Below, piece after piece: positions 36,900-50,669 of a DNA stretch of 64,000 nt. Within the stretch, counting starts at the first letter, position 1. Each line of letters begins with the position of its first letter. Below the pieces are notes generated by a model. That model saw nothing but the letters and a program-made list of their open reading frames with translations. It was not told the DNA's origin and made no database searches. A program made the position numbers and the translations under genes. Source of the DNA: Takakia lepidozioides (lineage: Eukaryota > Plantae > Bryophyta); the NCBI GenBank assembly GCA_030704615.1, contig CM060734.1:32922001-32986000 (forward strand), read 5' to 3'.

Positions 36900-38580
36900 G
36901 TGTTCTTCCGAGGACGCATTGTCCACACCACGCTGTTCGTATGTATCCACTTTGGTGGATCAGATTCATTGAACTCCCAAGCTTTGTCCCAACAGTTTCT
37001 ATACCTGTCCCCGTCCTCCGCTGCACCACCTTTAGGTCTCCACGACTCCAGAAGTACTTGCCGATAGATTTCTCATCTGAACGGTCACGAACATCATTTG
37101 AGACTGTCACACCCATCCAAACTGGATATGTATCTGTGTCTGATGGTCAAACAAGGACGAAGTTTCCAATTTCAATATCTTGAATGGGTCATCGGCTCTT
37201 TAGGTCTTTGACTCTTTGGCCCACAATATGGATCCAGCTGGTTGCGATCTTCCTCATCTAACTCTTCCTCACAATGATCTTCAACCCAGCTAATCCCATC
37301 TCTGTCATGGTTATCTTTCCAGCGAGTCGAAGGCCAAAACCCCTCCTCCAGCTTGTCATTTGGCTCGGGCAATGACTTATCAAGTTCCAGTAGAACATCC
37401 TTCCAATACTCATCAGAGTTCTTCATGATATTTTTGTAGTTATTGTCGAGATCCATCATAAGTCTCCAGAATTCGCGGTACTTCGAAAGGCCATTTACAA
37501 TATTGGCATTTTTCTCCCTAGCATCTAGCTTTATTCCCCAAATAGGCTGCAGTGGAACAGGTTCTGGTACCCCCTAGGGTAGCAGGGGAGACCTTCCGTC
37601 CTCACCAACCTTCCACATTTTGACAGCACCCTGCTTCGGGAGCCAGTCAGCGTTGGTTGCCGATTTCTTATATTTCATTACAGGCCAACCATCACAATCC
37701 ACATAGAACTTGAAGATGTGTATATCAGTCATCCCGATTTGCGTATTGCTCCCATCAATATCCATCCACAAACTTCTTGAAGTCTGCGACCTCCTGTATC
37801 AATTGAGGGATAAACGAGAGCTGTTGAGACTCCATGAAGAGGTGCATGAGTTCCGCAAAGATATATATGTTCGTCTGTTGCAACTTCTTCGATAAATAAT
37901 TAAATTATGCATCAATTTCCTCGTGGGTGTGACCAACCATCAAGAATCCAAGCTGGATCTCTTCAAAAACACCTTCCTCCGTCAAGAGTGATAAAAAAGC
38001 TAGCATCCAACGATTTTTTTTTTCTCTTACGCAGTTGTCTATTTGCAGGTATGTATAATTGACGGGGTAATGGGTTGACTCGAGTTGGGCCTTGGGATTC
38101 CCTAGGCTTCAGTGCTTTGTCACATCGAGACTTCCTTCTCATTAGAGCTTCGAAAAATGAGTTCTGCATTCATGGATGATCGAAAATTTCTCTTGAGTCA
38201 TCTCAACATGTGGGCTTCTCAAGAGCGCGAAGACAACGAGCCAAGGAGTTGATTGTAAAGTTAGGATTATTTGGCCAGAACTTGTTCGAGAACTGAGCAT
38301 AAGCACCGTCACCATGGCCATGAATCACCATACCTGTTAGGGATATAAGTAGGTGACCTAGACCAGATATCATCTTGTTTGTTACAAGGAGCCGGGGCAA
38401 GGCAGTCTTCGAGTGATCCATCTTATCGTGAATACTACACAGAAACTCCTTACCCATCATCGTTGATTCATTCCGCCAACTATGATAAAGCCTACGACAA
38501 GACTCTTGATGCTTCAAATGTCTCTCAAATTTCTTTTTGTGCTTTATCTGCTCCTCAGTTCCGCTGGCTGACTTCTAGGT
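36900..38580 (-). mobile_element. Degenerate DDD-type transposase, Sola1-like
   Basis: Motifs IHDKMDHSKTALPR, LQIDNCVREKKNRWMLAF and IQLGFLMVGHTHEEIDA, with stops and frameshifts. The superfamily label is from motif memory. Confidence 0.7.
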
Positions 38581-39399
38581 AAGATCTTGCCTGGCGGCCG
38601 GTTTGGGAGTTAGGTGCGTGCATCAAAGCGAGTAACTATGACTTAAGGGGGGGAGTTACCAAAGTGAGGTGCGCAATTTTATCCTTACATCTTCGCGAAT
38701 GTTATACAACTGACGAGTTGACAGATTCCATCTTGGACTTGGTGGCCTTGAGGATATTGGTTCAGGGGAGAACATGACCGGACCGCTCGTCATCCACCCG
38801 CCTCTTGGATTCCCATCTGGTGATACATTCTCCGATTCCACATCTCGTACATGCATTGCATTCGTATGTTGAAGAAATGAGTTATGATGAACTGGGGTCT
38901 GCTCTCCACACTCGCACTCGCACTCTCACCCTCATCTTCATCCTCCTCCTGGACCTTTGGCCTTCTTCCGGTTGGCTCTATACGCGTAAGCAAATTTCTT
39001 CTAGAATTGGTGTCTCGGGATATCAGTGTCATTTCCTGATTGTTGTTTTTTTTGCATGCAGTCTGGCGTAAGTAAGGGGTAAGGGGTGAAGAATCCACAA
39101 CCCTAGCATGTGTTCTAGCAGGGAGTGCTCAGGGGCCAACATTTGGTGGGAGTTCCACAACTACAACAGCAGGTCCTCAAGGACCAGCACCTACAGGAGG
39201 ACCAGCACCTGTCAGAGGGCAGGGTGTAGGGCCACAGATGGCGGTACCTCCAACACGGGCAAAGCCACATTTTTCAATATATGCAGGAAAAGGGGATACT
39301 GATGTACACATCAGCCAATTTGAGCATATGTGTATAATGAACAATCAAATTGAGACTGTTTCCTTGTTCACTTATCAAGAAAGCAAGTGAGGGGTCGGT

Positions 39400-40290
39400 A
39401 TTATACCGACCCCTGAGGAGTCGTTATACTGAAATCCTAGCAAAATGAGGATCCCAAAATGACCAAGTCATTGGGTCCGACCCCCCTGGCGTCGCTAATA
39501 CCACGGGGTTGATTTCCCGTCGGTTTCTTCCTGCGACGCCCCTGCCGACGGTCCCCATCCGACCCCTCTGGGGTCGGATAAGGGTTTTTTTTCCCCCCAA
39601 ACGGCCTCTGGGCCAACCAAATATATTTTTAACACTGTCTACCGTTGTCTTGGGCGTCGCTTTTACGAGGAAATTTGATTATTAAAGTTCTGATTTTGAT
39701 TTTTTATTATTTAATTTCAATTTAAAGTTTGATTTTTTAGCATGAAACCCGTAATCGACCCCTGAATGGACGGTATCCTACCGACTTCTGTACAGTCGCT
39801 ATTAACAAATAACTAAACAGCTGACTACGACCCCTAAGCAGTCGCTACGCGCACCCCAATATATATTTGGGAGCTCGAACCGACACCCAGGGAGTCGTTG
39901 GTAGCACCCCACACAAACATGAAAAAAATAAAAAATAAATGAAAAACACACAACGACAGTCTCCCTAGGGGGAGCTGTTAAACAGCGTGGGGGAATTAGC
40001 GTAAGGACATGTACCGACCCCCGGGGAGGCGCTGATAGCAACCCAAAAATATTTTGCGAAAATACTCACAGCGACCCCCCATGGGTCATTGTTAAGCAAC
40101 GTCGGGTTATTGTTAGGAAGTTGAAGCGACCCCTAGGAAGGCGCTGATAGCACCCCCAAAAATATGGACAAAAATGTCTGACAGCAACGGCCTAGGGGTC
40201 GCTGTCAACAGCGTCGGGTTATTGTTTAGGGACTTGAAGCGACCTCAGGAAAGGCGCTGATAGTGGTAGCGACCCCAGGGAGTCACTAAT
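39400..40290. repeat. CGACCCC/GGGGTCG-motif subterminal array including ~113-bp tandem units
   Basis: Many CGACCCC copies in both orientations; GGCGCTGATAG recurs at ~40028, 40141 and 40253. Confidence 0.7.
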
Positions 40291-41364
40291 AGAACCATTT
40301 TTAATTAAATCGAATTTTAATGAATTTTAAATAAGTATTATGATTTAAAATATCTAGGATTGCGGATTTGATGGGCGTAATGATTTTATTTTTGGCTCTA
40401 TTTTGTTCTTCGAATTCAGACTTTGGACTACTACATCCATGCAAAAGATTGGACCAAAACAAAATATAAAAAAATAAAATAAAATAAAATCTTGGGTACA
40501 TGATTTTTTTTTTGTTCCATTCTCCATCCATATGCTTAATGACAGCGCGTGCAATGTGCTTGCAAAATTTCGCAACAAAAAAAAATCATCTGGACCCAAA
40601 ATCATATTTTCTTCCCTCATTTGCATTCCAAGATTAAGTTCTCTTCAACTTCATGCACTTTTCATAGAGAGTTTGCAGAACACAGTTTTTTGTCTGTATG
40701 ACAAGTAGTTACGTTCATCACTTGAATGACCCATTGAATGAACTTGGTTCAAGCTCATCTTTGGTCCACATGTGCTTAAGTATGTTCGGATCACCAATGC
40801 AAAGTCGCAAAGATGAGCATCAAGAAGAAATATTCACATCAATCGGTTAATCAAATGTATCCAAAGTGCATCATGAGAATATCTACAATGCCCTTCTACG
40901 CGATCCCGGTCTCAAAGCAACCCTAATTCTGTCACACGCATCCTACTCATGCTGTATCTGGAGGTCCCAAGCATCTCGCGAGAACTAGTATGATGCAAAT
41001 AGCTCGGTGCCAGCCCTAATAGTCGTACTAGCACATATCATCACAAACATGTGCATCCCCTCACAGTATGGGGATAAATGGAGGCCGGTGAAATTGGAGT
41101 GCAAGTACTTCAAAATCATATTGACTAACCAAAAAGACGTCTATCACTATGATATACAACAATTTGCAACTGTTCTTGTCATATTGGCAAATTGTTGTAC
41201 ATCATGGTGGGAGACATCATCTTGGTTGGATCCGTGGTCTGATATTTGCCCACTTGCCACCGATTTCTCCGCCCAATGCTCTGGGCATTTGGAAACACAA
41301 TTCGTGTCAATTTGATTCCGAAGTAGTTGCCCTGTTCGCCTTGTAACAATGTGTCGCGTGGGTA

Positions 41365-42057
41365 CTACATCATGTCATCGGGAGGGACATCATCTTCTTC
41401 ATCAAGCTCCAACTCCTGTCTATTGTCCTCATCAAAGTCACTATATTGACCCCTCTCAAGAGAGTCATGATCAGAAGCCGAATCATCATCCATATATTCA
41501 TATGGCTCTTGCACGACCGGAGGGTCAATTGGAGGCGGAACAATAGGATCTTCATCTTCTTGTACATCCTCATTGTCATCGTCATCGTCATCCTCGTTTT
41601 CCTCCTCCTCCTCATCCGGCGCAATATTCGCATCAACCACTTGATCTCCTCCAACATTGTTCAAGGCAGTGTCTTCAATTGCCTCTATCCACGAAGCATC
41701 ATCTCCCGCATCCGCATCCGCATCGGCCACCTCGGCCACCTCGGTCGCTTCGGCCACTTCGGCCTCATCACCACCCCAACGGTTTGATCCCTCGGTAAAT
41801 GTGTCTCCCTCTTGGCCTAGCATGCACAACCACCTTCCAATTGCCTAATCTAGTCTTGTCTTAGGAAAAAAAACTTGTTCCATGTCCATCGGCCATGCAA
41901 ATGGTTCATTGGAGATACGTGTAGAGGGTGTGATCCTAGAAGTGTTGACCCGCATGAAGCCACACTTGTCAGGCAAGAGGGTTGCATTTGGGCCTACAAT
42001 GTGGGGTTGGAACCACCTCCCCTTGAAAATAATAGGGCGATGGTGATCACAACACAA
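41365..42057 (-). mobile_element. CACTA transposase C-terminal (DUF4216-like) fragment with acidic tail
   Basis: IIFKGRWF...DKCGFMRVNT...NEPFAWPMDMEQVFF followed by a D/E-rich tail. Confidence 0.75.
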
Positions 42058-42313
42058 TTTTAAGTAAATCTGGACTAAAGTTTGGTCCAGAAATAAGGAG
42101 AAATATCTGAATATGTATTTTTAAATCATTTAAATGGATCATTTTAAATATAAATATAAATATATAAATAATTGTTTGTCTATTAATATATAATATGAGC
42201 AATAAAGAAACATTATGTATAAACTTCAGGAGAAAAAGCAGTTTCTATTTGGCTCATAAAGCAAGTTCCACTGTTCACTTAACGTTTAATAAAAGTTGAA
42301 TGAGATACCAACA

Positions 42314-42528
42314 GTCAGTAGCTCAGTTGGTGAAGTGCACTGAGTGCCACCCAGATGATTATGGGGTCAAATCTTGCTACTGACGAGTGTGGTATGTTCC
42401 TGGGTGGTGTCCTATTCCAACGCCACATGGCGGGGTTACTGTGGAAAGAGATTATACTATTAAGGGGGCCTGATTTGTGAGCTGTCGCTCCCAGGTGTTT
42501 CCATTATATTAAAAAATAAATTAAAAAA
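42314..42528 (+). mobile_element. tRNA-derived SINE
   Basis: A-box GTAGCTCAGTTGG and B-box-like GGGTCAAATC. Acceptor-like stem GTCAGTA (42314-42320) pairs with TACTGAC (42378-42384). About 125 nt of body and an A-rich tail follow. No TSD seen. Confidence 0.75.
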
Positions 42529-45500
42529 CGGGTGTCGGGTGATAACTCGCTTCATGATCCGCGGCCTGATGGATGATTGGAGCACCAGTCATATTCGTAA
42601 CCGCGACTGAGCTTATGTGGCCGTCAAAGTACCTACCTACTACGTCAAAGAGGATGAATGGCGGGCCCATTAATGCATACGGAAAAAGGGTAACGGAACA
42701 TACGGCGAGTACAGAAAAACGAATTTCTTGTCACGTGTGTTATCCTAGTGGACAGGCCAGCGGGGAAAATCCACTAAAGAAAATTAATTCTAAAATCCAG
42801 TCACAGCGGTTACAGCCAATCATGAAGCAGGAGCAACTTCAAGAAAGTGAAATGGTTCTGAGTGCAAGAGTCGGTGTCGTTCCAGGTAACGGGCGTCTCG
42901 ACGGGACAGACAATCAATGCGATAGTTTTGAAGCTATTCAATGCTTGCAAGCCCCGCAGGTTTACAGGACACTACCCATAGCATTTTGTGGCAATCATAC
43001 GTTTGTGCTTTGTGCTCTGCAGGCATTACTTCAGTTGTTACAGCCACAGCCTTACGGTTTCTCTAAAATGAAGAGAGTAAGAGGGATGGTGGAAGGCCGT
43101 TACTATGTAACGTACAAGACAAATCAATCAAATATGTGAGCAAAACATGGCACAATGACACAATACCATGAAATGAAATGAAAGACAATGGGGAGACGTT
43201 GATGATAAATAACCAGGTTTTATTTTAGAACCATGTCAATTTGAGTAAGTCTTGCCCCATGCGGCATGGACCAATACAAGTAACGTAAACCATGTCAATG
43301 AGAGTATCAACTTCTAGAAGGAGGGCTGAACTCCGTTAGCACAAGACGATGTCAGCCGACGTACTTATAATGAAAATATTTTGAGGAAAGTCATTTCCCA
43401 AAATCACGATATTTTGACAAGGTTGGAGGGACAAATCTGTATTCTTCCGTTGTTCCGAAGGTTTTCGTCAGTAGAAGATGGAAGAAGTCCCTGAAATGTT
43501 GTCTCGAGAATCGTTGATATGGTGATGACCTCACAAAAAATATCCTCCAATATTACGCCAATCAACAATGTCTTGTGCGACCGAAGTTCAGTTGTACTTC
43601 TCGAAGAATTGGTGGTCTTGCAGACTTTCAATGAATCGCAAAGATGATGAATTACTCGTATGCTCTTCAAAACATAATGTCCAAGTAACTGATTCTAGAG
43701 TAAGATGCTGAAAGTATCCAATTGGGGAGTAAATATGCTGCTCGTATGCTTCTGGAGAGTGGCTCGGTGGCGAGTACGTTGATGGAGAGAGTGACGTTTT
43801 CTGCGAAATCTTCAAGGAAATAGTGTCGGGTGACCAGTCGAGGTTCATCTGTGACGGGCTGTGGTACTTCTGACGATTTACTGTAAATCACTCGTAAACT
43901 GATCACCAACTAAATAATCTCCAACTGACTAACCACCAACTAACTGATTGGAGCTGTCACAAGCAATGTCAAAAATCCTATTTACTACTAGGTGTTTGAT
44001 GCTATTGTTGTTCCTGTAGCTGAATTGTATAGTAGTCGTTTTGCTATTCCCATGCGAACAGTATCAGGTCCCCAGACTGTCATATTCAGACTCCCGTATT
44101 AGCCACGGCCCACCATCATTGACCAATATAAAACCATCAGCTGCATGTCAGCTGAGAACTAGATCTTCGATTCATTGTATGCGACTACAGATAAACACCT
44201 TAGCCCACAAGTAGTTGGCCAGCAGCTTGAGATATTTCTCCGGACTGTGATTAAATGAACTGGAGATTTCATTCTTAGCTGATGGTTTCATGTAGGTGGT
44301 GCCTGATTCCGATTTCGGATTATGGCAGTCTCAATGGACCTGATGTTGTTGGAATGGGAATAGCAAAAAGACTCCTATAGAAATCAGCTACATGAACATA
44401 CGCAGTATCAAGCATCTTGAAGTATATATGATTGTTGAGATTGTTTGCACAGATTGTTAGCGACGGTGTTCCTCCTTTGGCGTCCAGTCCACATGAAAAC
44501 GACGAGAATGTCGCTGGAGATTGACGTTCAATTGCTGACATTCTGCCTCCTCGTAACACCATTTTGGTGTGCAATGATGGACATCAGAATAGGTCAGCTC
44601 TTAGAAAAACACGCGTGATCACACGATGTTAATCGTTGGTGATCCTCAAAAGAATAATGGATCTCCAAACGAAGGATATAGGAACTAAAAAAAACACCAC
44701 GAGGATGTTGTCAATAGTTGGAGATCGGATTATGCAAGCAGGGAGAATGACTTCAAACAACTTAAAGACTATGATTATAAGATACTTGAACAATGCGCCA
44801 AGGAACAAGTGACACCATCAGCCTGGATGATTTGAGTGCGTGTTCTGAAACACATCAATGAATCATCCAGGATGATGGTGTAAAATATTCCGGGACGGAT
44901 TATCCGAATACCTTGAGTTCTCTCGCTGTAACTGACCTGAAGTAACTCACTATGCCTGCAGAATCATCACATCTTCAAATGACTGCATTTTCGTTGTTGA
45001 ATGCGTGAGCATAGAAAAAACATCACTCCGACCAATCACATGTAGCACTGTTGAGGTAATATAACACTTTGGCAGTCGGCTGGAGAACCAGGACAATGCT
45101 GAATTTTGCTTTTCGAACCATGAGTGATCGCGCGACAAATCTTTGCCTCTACCACCATTGAGAACCACAACGAGCCGAGTGCATCTAGATTTCAATCAAC
45201 CACATGGTGCCATCAGTTCGTCAGGGAAAAAATTTCAAAGCCGCCAAAATAACTTCAATCCATTTGAAGAGAGATTTTAACAGAGCTTCACAATCCGCTC
45301 AGGAACAAATGAGACGACCATCGTGGGAGCTTGAATTACGAGATAAGAACGGCGAATTCAGTCATAGACGATGATCATGTCACTTGTTCCCCATTGTAAT
45401 ATGAAAACGGAAAATTTCTTCTCCTCCAACCTCCTCCAGCCTGATCTGTTATTGCTTAAACTGACAATGAAGTCAACTTGTTTTGATAACATCTGATGGC

Positions 45501-46089
45501 ACTGCTGATCCATGCTAGCTCCACAAGAGGATATATGAAGGAACCACGCGCGATCGCGGGTGATTTCTCTCAAACTTCGATGACTAACATTACAGCCGAA
45601 GGGTCTGGCATAACATTGACAGAGTTAAATAACGTATGTGTGTAATGAACAGGCCGGCCATAGTTTAATTCATCAATAACACAGAGTTGCTTCCCAAACG
45701 GCTCACACTCAACGCATATGTTCGAGATCGCCTTCGGTTAGCACTGATGGCGGAATTCTGTGCACCCGAGGAGATGGATACAGTGGGAGATTGATGTAAG
45801 ATATGACCAGACACCTCATTGGGAGCTGTACTTGATGACCTTGACAAACGTAAAGCCTCGCGGTCCCTCCGTTCAGTCTTATGCTGCCGTTCCTCTTTCT
45901 TCTCCTGTCAAATTTGATTCTGAACTTGACACTGGAATATAACTGTGTGGAGGCAGCACATAAGGGAATTGTTAAAGAAAATACAAAGATCATTGAAATA
46001 TCATTGATCTCACAAAAGTCATGTGAAGTCAACAAACGTATAAGTACAAATGGAGGTTGAAGTAAAGCTGATGGACTACACACAAAATA

Positions 46090-49000
46090 GGGCAATGTTC
46101 GTCATCGGGCCAGATGAAACGACAATGGCCGGTCGTCGTCATCCATTCGACTTGCAGAAGTCCCGCAACAGAAGAAGCATCTCCCAGGATCGGAGTAGCG
46201 ATGGAATGAATTACATAAGGGGGAGGGAGACTAGATGGACCAGCATGGGATGGACCGGCTTGAGAAAGAGAAACATGAGATGGAGCGGCGTGAGATGAAG
46301 CACGGTTCACAGGGGCACGATGTCGGTGAAGGAATGACAACGGCCGGTTGTCATCATCCGACGATTCGACCTGCACATCTCCCGCAGTCCGTGGAACTCG
46401 TGGTGGGGGAGAGTTGACCTCAACTTCATTGTTGAGAGTGTGCTCCACTGGGGGAAGGAGATCCGCAATTGGGATGACACCATGTCGCAGTTCATCAACA
46501 ACAATGTCATCGGAGGATGGATGCATTGCAGCATCATCGTCATTAAATTCATATGGGTCATGTGGAGGATTGCCCACATCATCGGACCCATCCCAGCCGT
46601 CGGAGTCGGAGTTCCTCGCGGCGTCGGTGTCATCATTGCTGCTAGATTGGACCTTTGAGGCAGATTCTTCAGACAACAGATTCTTCTCGTACCATGCAGA
46701 TGCGTCACTTGCTGTCATCTCTCGCAGTAGCCTACAATTCGTGTAGACATAAACCAATTTGTCAGCCCTGGCAGGATTCAACCTGTTGCGAATCTTGTTG
46801 TGAACAAACGAGTAACTGCTCCAGTTCCGCTCACAGGACGAGGCAGAGCACACTTGAGCAAGAATACGCTTTGCAATGAGAGCTAACGTTCTTGCTCCAG
46901 CTCCAATCAGATCCCACCATTCATATGGCAACATGTTCATTGCTTTTGGATCCGGCATGCCGTACAAGCCCGGCTTTGGCATCCACATCGTCTCTCAAAT
47001 CCGTATTGTCCAGCAAGGCCCCCGCATAATGCAAGTCCGTGCGAACCATCCGTTTGCGGTCGTAAAATGCATCCTCGGTCCTTGCCGCCAAATCATCGTC
47101 CATAGAAAATGGAGGACGCCTCAAGGATTGCACGTGCTTCTCAAGGTTTTCCAATATCAACCATGCTTTATCCATTATTGGTTGTTTTCCATCAAACTCT
47201 CGCAAAGCAATCAACACCGGCTCCACCATGTACACAAAATTTGCATATTTCGCCCAGAAATCGTCGGAGCGAATGATTGCGCAGACCCTCCGACTTTTGC
47301 TCAAAGACTTGGACTTACGAGAGTCGCGTAAGATGCCCACATATGCATCCCATTGAGGGTCAATGATCACCTGCTTCAAACCCCGCCCTCACAATCACCA
47401 GTTGATCCACCATCAAAAAGTTTGTGGCAAAGCGGGTTTCACCCGGGTTCCTAAGGCTGTATTTGGGTTCATGCTTTCTAAACAATGCCAGAGGGATGTG
47501 ATGTGTACGAATGAATATCACAACCGACTTTGCTTTTTTTACTAGTTGTTTCATCCATGATTCTTTTCCCCAATCCTCCAAAAGGAGATCAAAGATATGA
47601 GCAGCACACCCTTGGTAATATAGATGGGGATATCATACCATCAAAATATCGGTCATATTAACCATGTTAGATGCATTGTCCGTGCACACTTGGACAATTT
47701 TATCAGCTCCAATTTTATCGATGAAACTCGTCAACAACCCTGCTTGATAACGTGCATCTTTTCTTTCCCTGCTTGTGTCAACGGATCCCAAAAATTGTTC
47801 CCTCGCAAGACAGACCAGCATGACATTGAACAGTGGTCGATTAGTAACAGAACTCCAACCGTCCGCACATATAGTGCTTCCATATTTCCGGAGAGAATCA
47901 CCTGTCTTTTCATTCACAATTTGGGTGAGGTCAGACATAGCCTCTTCTAGCAATCATGTGCAGAGATCGCGATAACTCGAAGGTGTGTATGTGGACTTGG
48001 AATCGGACGTGGCTTTGACAGTCGCCACAAACATAGGAAGCCTCAAGACATTGAACGGAATATTGGCCTCGTAGAAAAATTGGCCCCACTTCTTATCCAG
48101 AGTCATCTTGTGCGACAAATTTAAGCCTTATTGCATTGATTGTTGCCTCAATGGTCTGGTTCGTACAAGTACTGACGTACAATCGGGTGTTGCTCCTGAC
48201 CCACCGGCTTCTCCACGAACAGCAGACGCCTCACAAGAATCCCCCTGGGTACAACTCTGAGGGACATTTTGATTCGAACCTGGAGTATTTGGCTCAGAAG
48301 CCGCGGCCACATCAAGAGACGGTGGGATATTGCCTCCACATTGGGCAAAATGGGCTTTCACTCGCATGGAGGCTTTTGGGCACAAACTAACACCTGCATT
48401 CTTCCCATCTCTATAGCCGAGGTGATATAACATGCGATCTTTGCGACCCGCCAGCTTCAATGCACATAGATTGCATTGAACACCGTGCTTTTTGTGCGGG
48501 TCTACAGTGAACCAAGGTATCCACTCCTCCCTCATCCTCACACCCAAAACCTAACCACAGACTTAAGGTTGAACGAAGAATACTAGTGTACTTGGTAGAT
48601 TTGTTAAGAGCAATAGAAGTTAGAACAGAATGCGATGGCCCAACACTACGGCATCAATCCAAGTGGATCAATGCACCATGTAGTATTGTGCTTTTCGACA
48701 ATTTGTTGCAGTGGCTCTGGTGGAAGCCACAACAGCAAACGGTCCGCACCCTCCTCTTGGGCTTACATTCTTGCTCAAAGAATAGAGAACATTCACTCGC
48801 CACAAAAGTGTTTGCAACAAAAGAAGTGAGGGGCACTGGGACCACCTTATATATCATCCAGCCTCCAAGCCTCCCATGCTCGACGAATCAGAATCCAATG
48901 TTGCGACCGCTCCAGGTCGTACGAGGAAGTCGCATGTCATTTTTTTAAAAAAAACTGTTGCGACCACCCTCATGCTGGTGAGTCGCAAATATTAAAAAAC

Positions 49001-49683
49001 AGAAAATTGCTGCGACCACCCCCCTGCTGGTGGTCGCGCCTATTAAAAAAAATAAAAATACTACGACCACCTCCATGCTCGTGGTCACAGAGATTATTAA
49101 ATAAAAATTAAAAATAAAAATTACTGCGACCACCCTCTGCTGGTGGTCGCACCTATTAAAAAAATAGAAAAATGTTGCGACCACCCTCATGCTGGTGGTC
49201 GCAGATATTAAAAAATAGAAAAATGTTGCGACCACCCCCTTGATGGTGGTCGCACCTATTACAAATAAAATAAAAATTGTGCGACCACCAGTAGCGGTGG
49301 TCGCAACTATTTAAGAAAAGAAAAAAATGCGACCACCCCTGCTGGTGGTCGCATCTATTTTTAAAAAACAAAAAATGCTGCGACAACCCCTCTGCTGGTG
49401 GTCGCAACTATGAAAAAATAAGATAAATTCTGCGACCACCACCATTTGGAGGTCGCACCAATTTAACAATAATGATCTAAAAATGACCTCAAATATTGGC
49501 GGATGGAGTAATTTATAAAATAATTCATTCACTTGCCAAGGTGTCGTTTGGAATACAACGTGTCCACCTACGTGGCATATTTTTCATCTAACTCATGTTT
49601 TACTGATTTTTCGGCAAAACTGACGTGACGTTGGTCGCATTAGCGTCAGGTCCGACGTGACGTCACTGACGTGTGCAACCCTG
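46090..49683 (-). mobile_element. hAT (BED + DUF659 + dimerisation domain) element, 3'-truncated, transposase pseudogene ~48547-46100
   Basis: Terminus CAGGGTTGCAC at 49683. BED-like finger VQCNLC..RMLYHL. Motifs GSTICADGWSSVTNRPL, IVQVCTDNASNM, CAAHIFDLLLED, PGETRFATNFLM and SASSCERNWSSY. Multiple frameshifts. Confidence 0.92.
48950..49460. repeat. Subterminal array of TGCGACCACC-N6-8-GGTGGTCGCA palindromes with A-rich spacers
   Basis: About 11 units at ~45-50 bp spacing. Confidence 0.9.
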
Positions 49684-49689
49684 CATAGT

Positions 49690-50669
49690 ACTCGGCTTTC
49701 GCCTTCAAGCATGTCTCTGCTATTTCTTGCTGCATACATTGGCCATGGAACCATCAAATACTAGAAATTCTTTGAAGAAACCAGTCTGAAAATAAACACA
49801 AGTGAGGAGGCATACCGTGTATATGTAGTCAAGAAATGCCTCCCTTGTCAAGTTGTACCATGTGCTGGTCTTCTTCTCAGCACATCTCTTCATCTATAGA
49901 GGACTCAACACGTTTGCAAAGGAATCCAATGGCATCAACCTTGTCTTTTGAACACGGAAAAAAGTGTGACAAAGATTGGTCGTCACATGGGAGGTTTCGT
50001 TCGACCTGCGAATATCCATACACCTGTAAGACGACTATAGGAAATTCAGAAGCACAGAATCAAGGCAAAACGCAATGTGAAATCTTACTTGGTGATGTCG
50101 TGCATGGCAGTCAAAAGCTGTGTGATGCGTCCTTTGTGATCCAGTACCATGGAAACTACACTCCAGTGCCAATCCTTCTCGTCTGAGTGCAAGCTAGAAA
50201 TATACTCCATCCAGGCCAGCAATCGATGGTTCTCGTCCCAAACAAAAAACATCTTTCCTATGAAAGCTTCTGTGGAAACCTTTTTCGACAGCTTAGCCTC
50301 GAACTCCCTACTCACTTCCCGCCAGCATGCATCCGGCCAGCTTTGCTCTATGTCCTCTATTACAAGGCACTCCTCTCCTTTCGTGTTGGTTGTGGATACA
50401 TAGAACACCGCAGATCCCTTCACATACCCGTGAACAAAATCGTTCTTTAACTTTGTGATGTCGTTTCTCAGTGCGGATCGGACAGCGGGCATACAAATCA
50501 TTCTGCATAGTGGGATATGGAGGTTTCCTCCAGCAACCTCCATTGACAAAATTACCTTCGAAGAGTTAACTTTCTGGCCCCCGATTACCGCCTCGGCCTT
50601 GTCGGCATAGTGGTCATCATATGCTTCCTCCTCATCTTCACCTTCTGCCATGGCCCTATCTCCGGCCAC
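49690..50669 (-). pseudogene. ParB/Srx-like domain protein fragment (transposon-associated), spliced, truncated by the hAT insertion
   Basis: IPLCRM...VRSALRNDITKLKNDF..GY....VFYV...FFVWDENHRLLAW resembles the ParB DG(N)HR signature, with G->E. Donor at ~50088; further exon-like pieces to ~49690. Confidence 0.6.

Noticed and set aside
38630-38648. GAGTAACTATGACTTAAGG resembles the LSU rRNA R2/I-PpoI target region
   Set aside because: Only about 13+6 nt match with a gap and there is no flanking rRNA similarity; likely chance.
42314-42385. Functional tRNA gene
   Set aside because: The T-arm/B-box is degenerate, there is no clean anticodon arm, and a body plus A-tail follows, which indicates a SINE.
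48950-49460. CRISPR-like look of palindromic repeats with spacers (also 19900-20340)
   Set aside because: The spacers are low-complexity A/T tracts, the context is eukaryotic with no cas genes, and the arrays sit subterminally in hAT elements.
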